Positions 1 through 12,885 of a stretch of DNA of 64,000 nt are shown piece by piece. Below the pieces are notes generated by a model. It made no database searches, was not told the origin of the DNA, and saw only the letters and a program-made list of their open reading frames with translations. A program made the position numbers and the translations under genes. Every line of letters starts with the position of its first letter. The stretch's first letter is position 1. Source of the DNA: Mobula hypostoma (lineage: Eukaryota); the NCBI RefSeq assembly GCF_963921235.1, contig NC_086118.1:23500001-23564000 (forward strand), given 5' to 3'.

Positions 1-450
1 TCCATTGAATAGTAAGGTAGTTGGTTAATCTCTTTGTTGGAGATGATTTTTGCCTGGCAGCTCTGTTGAATGGACATTATTCATGCTGCTTACTATTTGT
101 CAGTACATGCCTGTATATTGTCTGTGTGCATGTGCTTCAGTTTTTGAGGAGTTGTGAATAGAATCTACTTCTGAACAAGGTAAGGCAGGTCTTTGGTGAA
201 GCAGCCTAAGATGGTTTGGTCTCGGACACAGCCCTGAGGAACTCCTGCATTAACACCTCGGGTAATGGTTATTGACCTTTAAAAACTGCAACAATTTGCA
301 TTTGTGAAAGTGACAACTCAAACCATTGTGACATTTTCCCATCAATGCCCATCAACATTGGTCTCACTAGTGCTTGCCCATGTCACACTTGGTCAATGCT
401 GCTCTAATGTCAAGGGCAGTCCACAGCCATCTTACTCTGAGATACAGTAG
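1..450 (-). mobile_element. Old, heavily decayed CR1-clade LINE RT fragment
   Basis: Reverse strand around 220-250 reads gcaggagttcctcagggctgtgtcc = AGVPQGCV (LINE RT motif GVPQGS); no intact ORF; boundaries approximate. Confidence 0.55.
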
Positions 451-868
451 TAATGATATCACTGAGTTAAATTTTACTCATGTATATGAAGAATGTGAGT
501 AATAATGTCAATTCAATTCAATTGATGACATTATCTTGAAATCATCACTTCTATGTAAGCCTGAATATTTTTTGATTCTTAGCTAATACTTAAGCAACTC
601 ATTGACAGTTCTTTAATTACTTTGTAGCAACTTTGAGCTCTGTAAATGTCTATGACCAGGTCTTCATTAATCTCTCTTCAGTGGAAATTGAGAATGATCT
701 CATCCGGTTCTGGACCTCAAAAGCCTCACGAGATCTGCATGTCTCATCATTGATGTTCAACCACGACACGGGTGGAGCCTGGTTATTTGCCATGGAGAGA
801 GAAGAGAGTACAACAATTCTTCTTCTTGAGCCACTGCCACCCCCTGGAATGGCACCTGAGAAACCTAG

Positions 869-1023
869 TACAGGTCGACCTTCACTAATCCGGCACTATT
901 GGGACCTGAGGAGTGCCGGATTAGAAAATGCCGAATAACATAAGGATCACATTAAGCGTAATCAGTGCTGGATTATCAAAGGAACTGGATTACAGGTAGC
1001 CAGATTAGTGAAGGTCGGCTGTA
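869..1023. mobile_element. Tc1/mariner-superfamily (pogo/Tigger-like) MITE, ~150 bp
   Basis: TA dinucleotides at 869-870 and 1022-1023 flank ~25-bp terminal inverted repeats CAGGTCGACCTTCACTAATCCGGC / GCCAGATTAGTGAAGGTCGGCTG. Confidence 0.85.
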
Positions 1024-1159
1024 ATCTGTTAAACCATTCACTGCTAGACCGCGAGCCGCTCTAGATACTGCATTCTCTGGGCACAATGGCTGGAGTCTGG
1101 GCTTGAGCTGAGAAGATGGATTCCAAGTTTCATGCACCAAGTTGATCTAAATAAAGTCC

Positions 1160-1280
1160 TGGAAATCTGAAGCAAAAAAAAACCCGACAGTTAAACTCAG
1201 CAGATCAGGCAGCCTCTGTGGTTTTGTCTTTGCACGGGTGCTGCCTGAATGCTGATTACTGCAACAGTTTCTGTTTTCCT
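1160..1280. mobile_element. Penelope-like terminus remnant in inverted arrangement
   Basis: actcagcagatcaggcagc followed closely by its approximate reverse complement gctgcctgaatgctgatt; same motif as the termini at 35586 and 50950-51000. Confidence 0.5.
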
Positions 1281-2029
1281 TCCTTCAAGTTGTGATCTTG
1301 CTCCTTGAAACTAAAATCTGAAGTCTAGATTTTTCCTAATTTACCAAACGTGTACGTTCGGTGAGCTACCTCCAGTTCTAAAGTTTCCTTAGCTTTGGTA
1401 GATGTTTCTCTCCATACGCTGTTTCCATCATTGTGCTGTAGCTCTTTCTGAACTAATGTCCAAGTATATGAGATTTCAAATCACAACATGTCTCTAATAT
1501 CATTCTTTTTTTTTCCATGGACTGCCTTGAAGTAGAAAAGGAGTAAGTGTAAGGGACAGTGAAAAGTTAAGAAGTGCATATTTAGTGTATTCTGCTGCTG
1601 TATATCAGAAAGGATGGTGGAATAAGGGGAAGTGTTTATTTTGAGAGAGGACCACTTGTGTTGATACCTCATCTTTAGCACTATCACTAACCACCATGTT
1701 AGCAAGAACTGGCATTGTTTTCCATGGACCTTAGGCATGTAGGTTCTCCTGATCAGTTCCTACTAAACTTGGTTGGTGCCAATTTGACTTGCAAGAGACA
1801 CAAAAGTGCATTATTGATTGTTGTGTTGCGTTGAGGTGATGTGGCTGTTTTACTTGAAAACTTGCAGTGTATGTAATTTGTCAGATGCCTACGGGTGTCT
1901 GTGGGAGGGGAGGTGCTTGCATCTATGATGAGCATGTGAAAGTCTGACAGAGCATGTGATTAATAGTGGGTGATATTAATGGTGGGTGATTGATGGGAAT
2001 GTTATCTGAAGATAGTGGTACAGTTGATC

Positions 2030-2540
2030 GGATTAGATTATGAGAACACTCAGTCCTCTTTTATTGTCATTTAGAAATGCATACATGCATTAAGAAATGA
2101 TACAATGTTTCTCTGGAGTGATATCACAGAAAACAGGATAAACCAAAGACTAACACTGACATAACCACATAATTATAACATATAGTTACAGCAGTGCAAA
2201 GCAATACCATAATTTGATGAAGAACGAACCATGGGCACAGTAAATAAAGTCTCAAAAGTCCCCGAGTTGATCGACTCCTGAGTCCCCGATAGCAGGCGGC
2301 AAAAGGGAGAAACTCCCTACCATAAACCTCCAGGCACCGTCAACTTGCCGATGCCTTGGAAGCAGCCGACCACAGCCGACACTGAGTCCGTCCATCCGAA
2401 AACTTCGAGCTTCCGACCAGCCTCTCCGATACAGCCTCCCGAGCGCCTTCGACCTCACCCCGGCTGCTGAAACACGCAACGCCGAGGATTTCGGGGCCTT
2501 CTGCTCCGGAGATTCCAGTTACCACACAGTAGCAGCGGCA
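2030..2540 (-). mobile_element. Non-autonomous retroelement 'family X', copy A (5'-truncated)
   Basis: Colinear with 23277-23969, 39832-40514 and the reverse complement of 49570-50247; (TTAGA)n tail at the left end; homology stops abruptly after cagcggca (~2540). Confidence 0.9.
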
Positions 2541-5189
2541 TGTAATATTCGATGATATATTCACTGATAGCGGGACCATTGACGTCTTGTGGCATGGCAT
2601 CCGGATCATAATGCCCGAGTCCTGGTGTTCTCCGTAGCTGCTTGTCTCCAATGGCTGCTGTGTGGCCTGAGGATACCTTGCCCCTCTCTGAATACAAGAC
2701 ACGTGTCATACTTGCAATGTACTATCAGAAAGTTATGGGTCCAACTTGCTCCCACGTTGTACAATCCTTCAGTGTTTCTTAGATTGGATTCATTTGTAAA
2801 ATGACTGCAAACACCTGCTACTGCCACAAAGCATTTCCTATTACAACGTAAAAGTCATAAGTCTGACCGGCTTGCTTTAATTTGAAGCAATCACTCATGA
2901 TATCGGCCGGCTGCTGAAACAACAAACAAATGTGTAAAGTCTTGAATTCAGGCTGGATCCTGCAGTCATGAAAATACATGAAGATGGTATGGTGTCTGCA
3001 TTACATCAATGGTACTGGTTAACCATGTTGATCCCTGTGCCTGCTCCCCCCCATCCCCAAATAGCTATCCAGTTTCACATCTACAACTCCTAGCACTGTA
3101 TCATTACAAGATTAAAGTATTATACAGATGCCATCAGTGGTTACTGTTTAAATAAAAGTATGCATTGAAACAAAACTAGCCAATGGCTTGTCAAAACAAG
3201 TTAAAATTTATATAACCTATTCAATCTTTAGAAAGGGTATTGGTGGCCTTCTTTTAATGATGTGAGTTCAGAAAAGAAACATTTGTAATTCCTGACAGAT
3301 TTCCACTAGACCTTGTTAATGTGATGAAGGCATCACACAAGACCCTGATTTTTAAAAATGTCCATCACATTCAGTGCACTGAATTACTCGTACCATTACG
3401 GTTAAAGTTTAGTTTGAAGCAAATTCTATCAATGTTAACACTAAAGACATTAAAAGCTTCAATAAGGTGGAGAATAAAAAGAACAAACTGCCAAGCCTCT
3501 GTCGCTCTCAATGTGACTCAGTTCTTTTTAAGTTAAGTACGTTAAGTATGTATACATTCATTTTACCCTTTATCACACTGATAAAACTGGGCACAAAATC
3601 ATTGAATCTGTAAAATGTTTTAATTGACATCAGCCTTATACTTCTTACACATCAGTATGTGGAAGTATGTATTAGAAGGTAGCTTATCCACAGCATCGTA
3701 TTTAAAATTAAGGGTAGAAACTAGCTGTATTTTATTCATGAGCATTCCAGAATCTGACCAAGTCCTACCATACTGGTTTGCGCTGTCTTTAATTGCCTAG
3801 CAATATATGGACTAATTTGATTTTAAAAGACTTACTGACACTGTTCAGCCATTGAAGATTTCTATTTTGTTGGGATCCACGAGAATTTGTTGATATTTAA
3901 TTTTCCAGGATCTGTGGGTGATTCATGGAAGAAGGCATTTTTCAAAAACAGAGGGAGTCTGACATAACGGTTCCTCTGACACAAAGAATAATGATTAACA
4001 TTTACGTTCTCTTGTTTCCCACCCTTCAAGGTTCTCCCCTATTCTTCCCTCTCCTTCCTAAAGGCAGTAATTCATTGGCGGGATATGTTTCCACAGACAC
4101 TGACAGTCCTTTATCTTCGGCAACTGGCCATTCATCATGTGCGACCTCTAGACAGTGAGTGTCAGCAAGTTATTTGACTGTGGCAACATCACAGCCGAGC
4201 CTAATCAGGTCCATTACTGATGTGCATTTGTTACAAACCGGGGTTATTAGAAAGTGAGTCCAAGCAAGAACACTACCTTATTTTTGATGTTATCAATTTT
4301 GCCTGTAGTGTCTCAAAATAAATTGATTTAGAAATGGACTTGGCTGTGCAGTTTAGTATCATGGATTCTGTGCATGAACAACAGGACTCAAGGAGGCCTT
4401 CATGATTCACTAAATATATTTTTCCTGTTATGAGAGCATACAGGAGTCAACAATTTATTCCAGAGGAGTACAGTGTAAAAATGAGAATGAACTGAATTAT
4501 TATTGAATCAGTTAGCTGTGTTTCCTCTCATGGTCATGGTCAATGGGATTGATACCTATTTTCACTATCACTCATGTACGGGGTAATCATGCAACACAGA
4601 TATAACTTAAGGAAATCGGCAGTCACTTCATCAGTCCATTGAACTGCTGTCAAGAAGTTTTCATGGGCTGATTATATGCAGTGCCCCTACTAGTAGCCCA
4701 ATGAATAGCTTAAGTAGTGGTGCTCTCAAAAAAAATTATTCTTGGAGAGCCATTAAAAATTTAATTTTAGTTCTAAGAAATTTTGCAAATTTTGAAATAG
4801 TATCTGTTCTGCTTTTTCAACTTTATTGCTCTCCCTTTCCCTCTCTCCTCAGTCTTCTGCACAATGGCTTAGCTGGAAGCTGATAGGAGTAGCAACCAGT
4901 CCCCTTGACAGCCAGTGAAAATAATCACCTGGGTCCTCATCAGAGATAATTATTCATGAACAGTTAGCAGGAATCCTGCAAAAACATCTCTACATTGAAA
5001 CTCTACCTACAGCTAATACCAAGACACACTTCCCTCACAATTCTTTGCCTTTATTTTGGATATGATAAGCATGTCAAGTACCATGGTACTTCCATTTTTC
5101 TCACAGATTTTACTTCAGGAATACCTTTTCCTTCCTTCATGCTCCTAAATTAATTCAGACTTCTGGGAGACCTATGAGACAACTGAGAG

Positions 5190-5470
5190 CCTTAAAGTCA
5201 TATAGCACCGAAACAGGCCTTTTGATTGAACCTAATGATGTCCGTCAACATGCCCATGTAATCTAGTTCCATTTGGCTAATATCTTTCTAAATCTTTCCT
5301 ATGCTTGTACCTGCCTATGTTTCTTTCAAATGTTGTTTACGTACCTGGCTCAACCATTCCACATACAGCCCAGCCTCAGGGGAAAAATATTGCCCTTCAG
5401 GTTCCTTTTAAATCTCCCCTTATACTTCTGGCCTTCAGTTCTTGATTCCCTAACCCTGGGAAAAAGAGTT
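5190..5470 (-). mobile_element. Decayed CR1 3' end
   Basis: Resembles the reverse of the CR1 3' ends elsewhere in the window (gaaacaggcc..., ttgcccttcaggttccttttaaatct, ccctgggaaaaag). Confidence 0.55.
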
Positions 5471-6261
5471 CAGCTGGTTCTTTTTTGAATATGCCACAGG
5501 GTATTAAAGTAGCCTTTAATGTTCTTGAGCATAGATCCAAGGTTCCATTCTTTTTTGTATGCTAAGCAGTGTTTATGCTAAGCACTCTCCTCTCCTCTCC
5601 ACCAAGCAACCCTAGATGAAATTTTGCATGATTGCCAAGAACACAGATTGCTCAAAAGAAAGCAACTCCCTGGGGACAATATTGAGAAACACTTGACCAT
5701 TCGCACAATTATCTTCAACTCATATCATGTGGCAAATTACTTTATATATTGGCCGAAGAGATTTCAACATGCTTTGATATAAAATGAAAGGCAACTGAGC
5801 ACTGATGATTTGTGTATGCAAACAATGTACTGTAGCTATACTACACCATATTTGTTCAACATACCATGCAGCAGAGTGGGGAATGATCTGTCTTGCTTTG
5901 CATCAATTGATTGAAGGAGAAATGCTGACAGGGTTATCCGGGAGAGCTGCTTGGTCATATTCTTGGCAGTAGAAACTTGGGTTGGTGTCGCAATCAAATG
6001 AGCATGTCTCTGGCAAGATATATTCAGCATTCCTTTGAATCAAGTGCTCTTATAATGAGCAAGAGGCTGAAATCTGCAGACTTTGCAAATGAGCCATTGA
6101 GGTTTCAATAAGTTAATGATTTTCATCTTTTGTGCCCTGCAGTAAATGTCACAACTTAATCAAACAGGCCAGCGCAAGTCCCAGTCTCTGCTCAAACTGA
6201 ATTGAGCTGACAAAGCTTCTCCTCCAATTCCTTAGCCACCTGTGAAAAGGCTTGCTCACTT

Positions 6262-6759
6262 GAAAAGGTAACCGATTGTATTCCAGAGTTCTGCTAGCAT
6301 TTTAAATAACTAATGCAGTTAACACCATCTAATTTATTGAGCTACAGGTTTTATAGTGGTTTGTTGAGTTTCTCTGACCTCTTAGGAAGCCGACAAGTGA
6401 AGAGAAAAGCGCATAGCTTTGTGGCGAAGCTTCGTGTCTTAACTGCATTGGTCTGATTTAATGATACAATCAGGCTATTTAGGTTCTGGTCAAAGGTCAA
6501 ATTAAAAAAAATCTGATTCTGACCTCAGTCTATCACCAACCCATTTACTTCAGTGCATTGGGTAGAGGGGAAAAGAGAATGGCAGCCAATCTTATTCCGA
6601 GTTCTGCTAATTTTGTAAATAACTCATGAAGTTAACAACATCTAATTTATTGAGGTGCAGGTTTAAGAGTGAGTGTCTGTGCTGATCTCTGAACTCATAG
6701 GAAACAGATAAGTGAAGAGCATACCACTTTATAGAGAAGCTTAGTGACTCAACTGCATT
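6262..6759 (+). repeat. Diverged ~185-bp direct duplication (6262-6449 and ~6575-6759)
   Basis: Shared colinear blocks gagttctgcta, aaataact, gttaacaMcatctaatttattgag, aagtgaagag, gaagctt, aactgcatt; period ~315 bp. Confidence 0.85.
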
Positions 6760-7356
6760 ACTTGTGGGCCTGGAAAAGCATGAATGCTCCCTAAAACCAA
6801 CTTCCTCACAGACATCATATTAGACATCATGCAAAGATTGCTGACAGTCACCCTTCCAAAACCAACCCTGACAAAGGGAAGCGAACTACATTGTCATTGA
6901 CTAGAGATTGTCAATCAGACAGAAGACCCAATTGGGCACCTAGAATTAAAATTCCACAGCATTCAGGAGAACACAATCCATTAATAATCTGGAGACACAA
7001 GAGACTGCAGAATCTGGAGCAATACACAGATCATTGGGTGAGGCACTTTCTGTGGAGAGAAATGGACAGTTGAAATTTCAAGTCGAGACTGTTGAACTGG
7101 ACCAATTGCCTGCCTGTTACTCTACCCATCTGTATATGGACACTGTTCACCAAGTCTTTGTTATTTCCCCTTACGTTACACTGTTTTCAGATCTAATACA
7201 AACATATTGTACATTATTTTATGATGGCTAAATTTAGTGCATTACTATGCTATGCAAATATGGGATTAATAACTTGTAGTACACCTGCAATGATTTCCAT
7301 CCTGATTATAATAAAGGGCAGAATTGATGGAGGGAAATATTGTACTGTGTTGTATA

Positions 7357-7668
7357 CATAGACCATAGAAACCCAAGCACATTACAGGCCCTTCGACCCA
7401 AAATGTTGTGCTGACCATGTAACCTACTCTAGAGACTGCCTAGAATTTCCCTACCACATAGCCCTCTATTTTTCCAAGCTCCATGCACCTCTCTAAGAGT
7501 CTCTTAAAAGACCCTAATGTATCCACCTCCACCACCGTCACCAGCAGTGCATTCCACGCACCCACCACTCTCTGTGTGAAAAACATACCTCTGACATGAC
7601 CCTTTGGTACTTATTTCCAAGCACTTTAAAACTATGTCCACTTGTTAACCATTTCAGCCCTGGGAAAA
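7357..7668 (-). mobile_element. CR1 3' end fragment
   Basis: catagaccatagaa tail; reverse strand encodes the ORF2 C-terminus FFTQRVVGAWNAL (gcattccacgcacccaccactctctgtgtgaaaaa). Confidence 0.8.
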
Positions 7669-10600
7669 ATAATCAGAAACCTAACTTTTACAAATCATAA
7701 TCATCTAAATGGTCAACATCCAGATCTGTGGATGTCTGCTGGCTCAGGAATGCCTCTTACTGTGTAATGAACTCTGTACCATAAAGGCAACAAACAAATG
7801 TCACTGAAACATATTCCATTAATAGCAGTTTCCCAATAGTTCCATTGTTCACCAATTAACAAACGAAACACTGTGGTATAGAAGTTTCCGTGAAGATTTA
7901 CTTTGCGTAGTCTCCACAAATTCATAATATTTAAGATTGATTGTAACCTCCTCCTTGTTGCATATCCAACTGCCTGTAATTACACTTGATAAATGTCCTC
8001 TTTGATACTTAACCCATTGCTACAGGGTCTTTAAAGTGATTGAGCTAGAAATCCATCCTCTGTGCTAAATGTATGACAATAATAACACATTCACAATGAA
8101 CACTGTTTTCTGTATTTCAAGTGCAGTATTCAACAGGTGAATATGTATTGTGCATTCAATGGTGTATGATCATGTTAAATAATACAAGGATTCAATTGTA
8201 TGATTTCTGAAAATGATAAATGTCACTCGCACTGTGTCTTTAATCAGATTTTCCAGAAGATGTAAATTCAGTCAGAAAGGAAGGTTGGCTGGATTTGTGA
8301 ATCTAATGCCATGTGCTTGTCACTTGGATCATTCATTATCCAGCAGAACTATAGACATTGTCTGGGTGCATTTCTATACAAGCAACACATGTGCACACAC
8401 ATAATTATGGCTTTTCTCACCAACTCTCTAATGCACTGCAGCAATTTTCAATAAATCTGCTGAATTACTAATATTCTAGATCTCTGTATGCTACTTTAAT
8501 GAAATGTGTTTTTTATAAGAAGTAACCCAATATTCATCTTGAGAGGATGGAAAGGCAGCTTTCCCTAGAACTTCAAAAGGAATTGCTGGACAAAAATATT
8601 GGACATGTTATTCATTTGTGATTTGGACATTTAAAAAATATTAGTGCACAGATCTATTTCATTATTTTTGTCCATGTTTTAGAACCTTTAGAAGAAAAAA
8701 TGTGGAAAAATGGCATAATGTTGATCTTTGTGCATGAATGGACAAATTCATAATTGATGAATGTTTATAGTGCAGAAAAGGGTCATTTGAATAATTGTGT
8801 TCAGTACAATAATTTGAAACTAATCCCATCACCATGCTTTGTCCCAAAGGCACTGTGATTTACCCTCCTTTAAATGTTTTTTTATATCAGCTATTTCCTC
8901 TGGCCAAGAATCCCACAATCTAATTATTTTTTTACATAAACAAGTTTCTCTTAACCTCTCTCCTCATTCCTCTTGGTCATCAAGCTAAATTAATCACAGA
9001 TTACTAAATTTCCAACAAGAGCAAAAAGTCTTTCACTTTTACTATCAACATCTTTGGAAAATTAAAACTTGTCACTGCTTTATGTTGTACCAGTGGGAGT
9101 AGTCCTGTTTTTTAAACTTTTTCTCACAACATGCTTTCTCATCACTATCACCATTCATCCCTTTGGACTCTGGCAAAACATTTCTAAGTCATGAACATCA
9201 TTTTGCAATGTTAAGACCCAAGCCACACTCATGCTCAGCTTAAGCATTCCTTGTTTGCCTATGTCCTTTCAATCTCTGGTGAAAGATGATTTCTTACATC
9301 TCAAACTTTCATCTCCAAGAAGTTTCTTTACACTCAGTGTGCTGAACATTTGGCTGTGCCTGTTCATCGATGTTCTTCAGAGCTTCCTTTTGTGTGTTTA
9401 TGCTCATTCTTTGTTTTTTTTTTAATCCCCCAGTTGCATCAACACTACAATTTTGAATTCCCTTGATATTTGGTTACTTACCTGTCCAACCCATAAATTC
9501 ATGGCAGAAATTGGTTCTTGCGTCATTAGTGAAAGGTGATGAGGAAAATTTCAGGTTACTCTGAAAGATTAGCTGGATGCTTGCTACCAGAAGTCTTTTG
9601 GGGTATGCTGACACAATTTCACACCAGCACAGATATACATGTTTTAAATTAATGTTTTTATTTTAGAATATTGAAAGGGAACTGTGTGGGTGCTGGGAAT
9701 CGCCTTTGTTGAGCACTCATATGAGAGAATTTCCTAATCACCCAATGACAAACTGGGAAATCTACTAAATTAGTAGATTATTAAGCATCAAGTAAAACAC
9801 TGGCTTCTTCTGTTACAGGAAGGTGCTGGTTTCATAATCCCATTCTCACCTCTATGGCCAGTAAATCCTTGAAATTGGCTTTGGACATGACACAGCCTCA
9901 GTTGCAAAAATGTGCAACGAACAGCTAGTCTGTTGCAATCTGGGCGTGGGCCTCAATCACAGCTGCAGTTTGCATTCAAACAAGCTTTGTCCCACTATAC
10001 ATTATCATAGCCTAAGGATGCAACAGAATTTTTAACCACAAAATTTTCTGATCTTTCTCATGGTTTCCCATTGTTTGTTGTATCAGCAACAAATTTTGAT
10101 TACAGTTAGGTTTCGGATGGAGACAAGAAATATTTAATACCCAAGTACAAATCCTCACTGAGAATAAGTGTGGACTGTGCACGGTTCTGTGGATATACCA
10201 GTAGCTGACATTTCCATAAAGCAAGCAGCACTCATTTCGGGCTACTTTTCCCAGTTATCATTCAGTGTTCTACCCATGCTTTATTCTCTTGCAGGACCCG
10301 TTAATTGAAACATGGAGTACTTGTGGCTAAAAATAAACTTCTCCCCCATGAAATTTCCAAAGCTTGTTCTAAGATAGCAGACAAACAGATTTATATGTAT
10401 AGTCCTTCAGTCACTATTTGAACAGAAAGTTCCAAACAGAAATCTATTACGAAATATGATCAGTAAAGTTCTTACTATCTTGATACCTGCTCCCCCATCC
10501 CAGAGCAATGTCAAGAACGTTATGACAGTGACCCAAGTTATGTTGTTAGTGAAGGATTGAGTAATAATGTCAATGTCCCTTTCTTGGTATTTTGCTCAAT

Positions 10601-11705
10601 ATTGAGGGTAATAGGGGTTGAGAAGACAGACCTTCCATCCAAAGAAATGAGCATTATGGGTTTTGCATAATAGGAAATAGGGATTTTTAAGCTATGTCCC
10701 ACTTGCATTGATTAAATATTTTTTCTATAATGAGAAATTCACAGAGCTAATTCACCACCTGTAGATAACCCAATGCTACATTAATAAAATTGATTTAACA
10801 AATATAAAACCTACTTTATAGGTGGTTTGGGGTATGTTACTAAGTACCTTAGGAGACTAAAACTATACCTTTGCAAATATAGCTTTGTTTCTTGTGTCCA
10901 AAGATTCCATCTTATTTTTGGAGCTCCCGGAAGGCTTGTGAATGATTACAACTAGGAAAAGCGGATTATTTCTCTTTAATTAGGCAGGAGCAGTTTTGTG
11001 GATGGGACTTAATTGCGACAATGAGATTCTGAAGCAGTGCAAATGTTTGTGAAAACTCACTTTGTACTGAATGGAATTTGTGGTTAAAATTAGGTGATAT
11101 TTTGTGCCAGTATCATAAATATCATGGAATTATGTGTAAATGGAATCAATAGAAACTGAAAGCTAGTTTATTTCCAGTGCAAAAATCAAAGATAGAAATT
11201 TGGAATGTAATTTGGGAGCTAAGATCCAGATGAATTCAAAATGAAAGGGACAGAGATCGAAGTTTCAAGGGAACTTCAATCATTTTGCTATGGGGTCTGA
11301 TTGGTCTTGTTGTGACTTCAGATTACACAAAGCTGTCTATCCTCCTAGCAGGATTATGCTGGGTGTTGCAGAACATCCAGCTGGAAATTGTCAACATTTC
11401 ATTTACGATTCATCTGAAATCGTCTGAGAAAAAAAAAAAAATTTCAATCTGAACCTACATTTCATTCTGTCCAGTTCAAGGGAAAACACTCTCAGCTTCC
11501 ATCTCACCAAGCTAAACTCATGTAAATGCACTTCTTTTAGTTTTCAACGCTCTCCCTTTTCCCCAATGGTAACTATATATTAGATTCCACAAACCGTTTT
11601 CTTGTTCCTACAGAACTTGATTCTCTGTATGGGTCTTGAGGACACCAGTAACCCTAACTTCAACAGATTGTAACAGCATTTATGTCTCACTATATCGAAA
11701 AGCAT

Positions 11706-12744
11706 CATTCAGCAGCCACCTTATTAGGTACACCTGTACCACTGCTTGTTAACGCAAATATCTAATCATTCATGTGGCTTAGCCTCTAAGCCCGGCGGAT
11801 CTGTTTCCACTGACAGGAGAAGGGGCGAAGGTGGGTCCTGGCACCTTAAAACCAATGCTTCAGCTAGATGGAGCTCATCAGCCTGGGAAGACAGTCCATC
11901 CAAGAGAGGGAAACTCTGATTTCAAACCTCTGCTGCCTTGCGGCCATACCCACTCATGGGAAAGGCTTCGGGAGTAAACCCTGAGGACAAATCCGGAGCT
12001 GGAGTCCCTAAGGCAGTCCGACATTGCCTTCAACCTCGTTCTGGCAACTCCTGCGACAACACTGGTGCCAAGCTGTATCGGCCCTTGCCCTTCCCTTGGA
12101 CAACATCGGTGTCATGGAGAGGGGAGACTTGCAGCATGGGCAACTGCCGGTCTTCCACACCACCTTGCCCAGGCCTGTGCTCTGGAGAGGACACTCCAGC
12201 ATCGCCTCACCATGCAAGCACAATGAAACAAGACTTTCCAGGCACAGATCCATGGACTCACGAGACTGATGGATGCCACCACCAATCATTCAATCTTGTG
12301 GCAGTAACTCAATGCATAAAAGTATGTAGACATGGTCAAGAGGTTCGGTGATTGTTCACACCAAACGTTGATCCAAGTGACTTTGATCATGAAATTATTG
12401 TTGGTGCCACACGGGACAGTTTGAATATCTCAGAGACTGTTGTATCTTGGGATTTTCACAAACAACAGTCTCTAGAGTTTATGAAGAATGGCGCGAGAAA
12501 CAAAAAAAAATTCAGTGGGTGGCATTTCTGTTGATCCAACACCTTGTTAATCAGAGAGGTCGGAACAGAATGGCCAGGCGGGTTTCAGCTGACTGGAAGG
12601 TGGCAGTAGCTCAAATAACTACATGTTACAACGGTGGTGTGCAGAAGAGTGTCCCTGAATGTACAACACATTGAATCTTGAAGTAGATGGGCTACAGCAG
12701 CAGAAGATCATGAACATAGAGGAGGTACCTAATAACTGAGTGTG
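11706..12744 (+). mobile_element. Internally deleted Tc1-like DNA transposon, interrupted by a retroelement
   Basis: Imperfect TIRs cattcag...ttattaggtac / gtacctaataactgagtg; frameshifted Tc1 N-terminal HTH peptides SDFDHEIIVGA...ISET and GFSQTTVSRVYEEW...RMAR..ADWK...QITTCYN (ORFs 12352-12674); DDE domain absent. Confidence 0.8.
11779..12283 (+). mobile_element. ~500-bp non-coding retroelement (probably RTE-derived) inserted in the Tc1
   Basis: GC-rich insert flanked by a long imperfect duplication aatcattca(atc)tgtggc (11764-11778 / 12284-12302); (CCA)n-like end; internal aaactctgatttcaaacctc motif recalls RTE 5' UTRs (recognition only). Confidence 0.55.
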
Positions 12745-12885
12745 TATATAGTTAGAATAAAATACGTTCAGTTAGAATGAAGACTGTGACTGTAATTTCA
12801 GCAGAGTTTCATCACTTCTCGGTAAAGCTGCATTTATTGTTTCAATGCATATACTGTATATAAATCTGCATATGCATTTAAATGT

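Noticed and set aside
4040..4290. Possible ancient SINE-like relic (also ~42000-42170 and 51380-51700)
   Set aside because: Looks repeat-derived but is too decayed to assign a family or boundaries without a library search.
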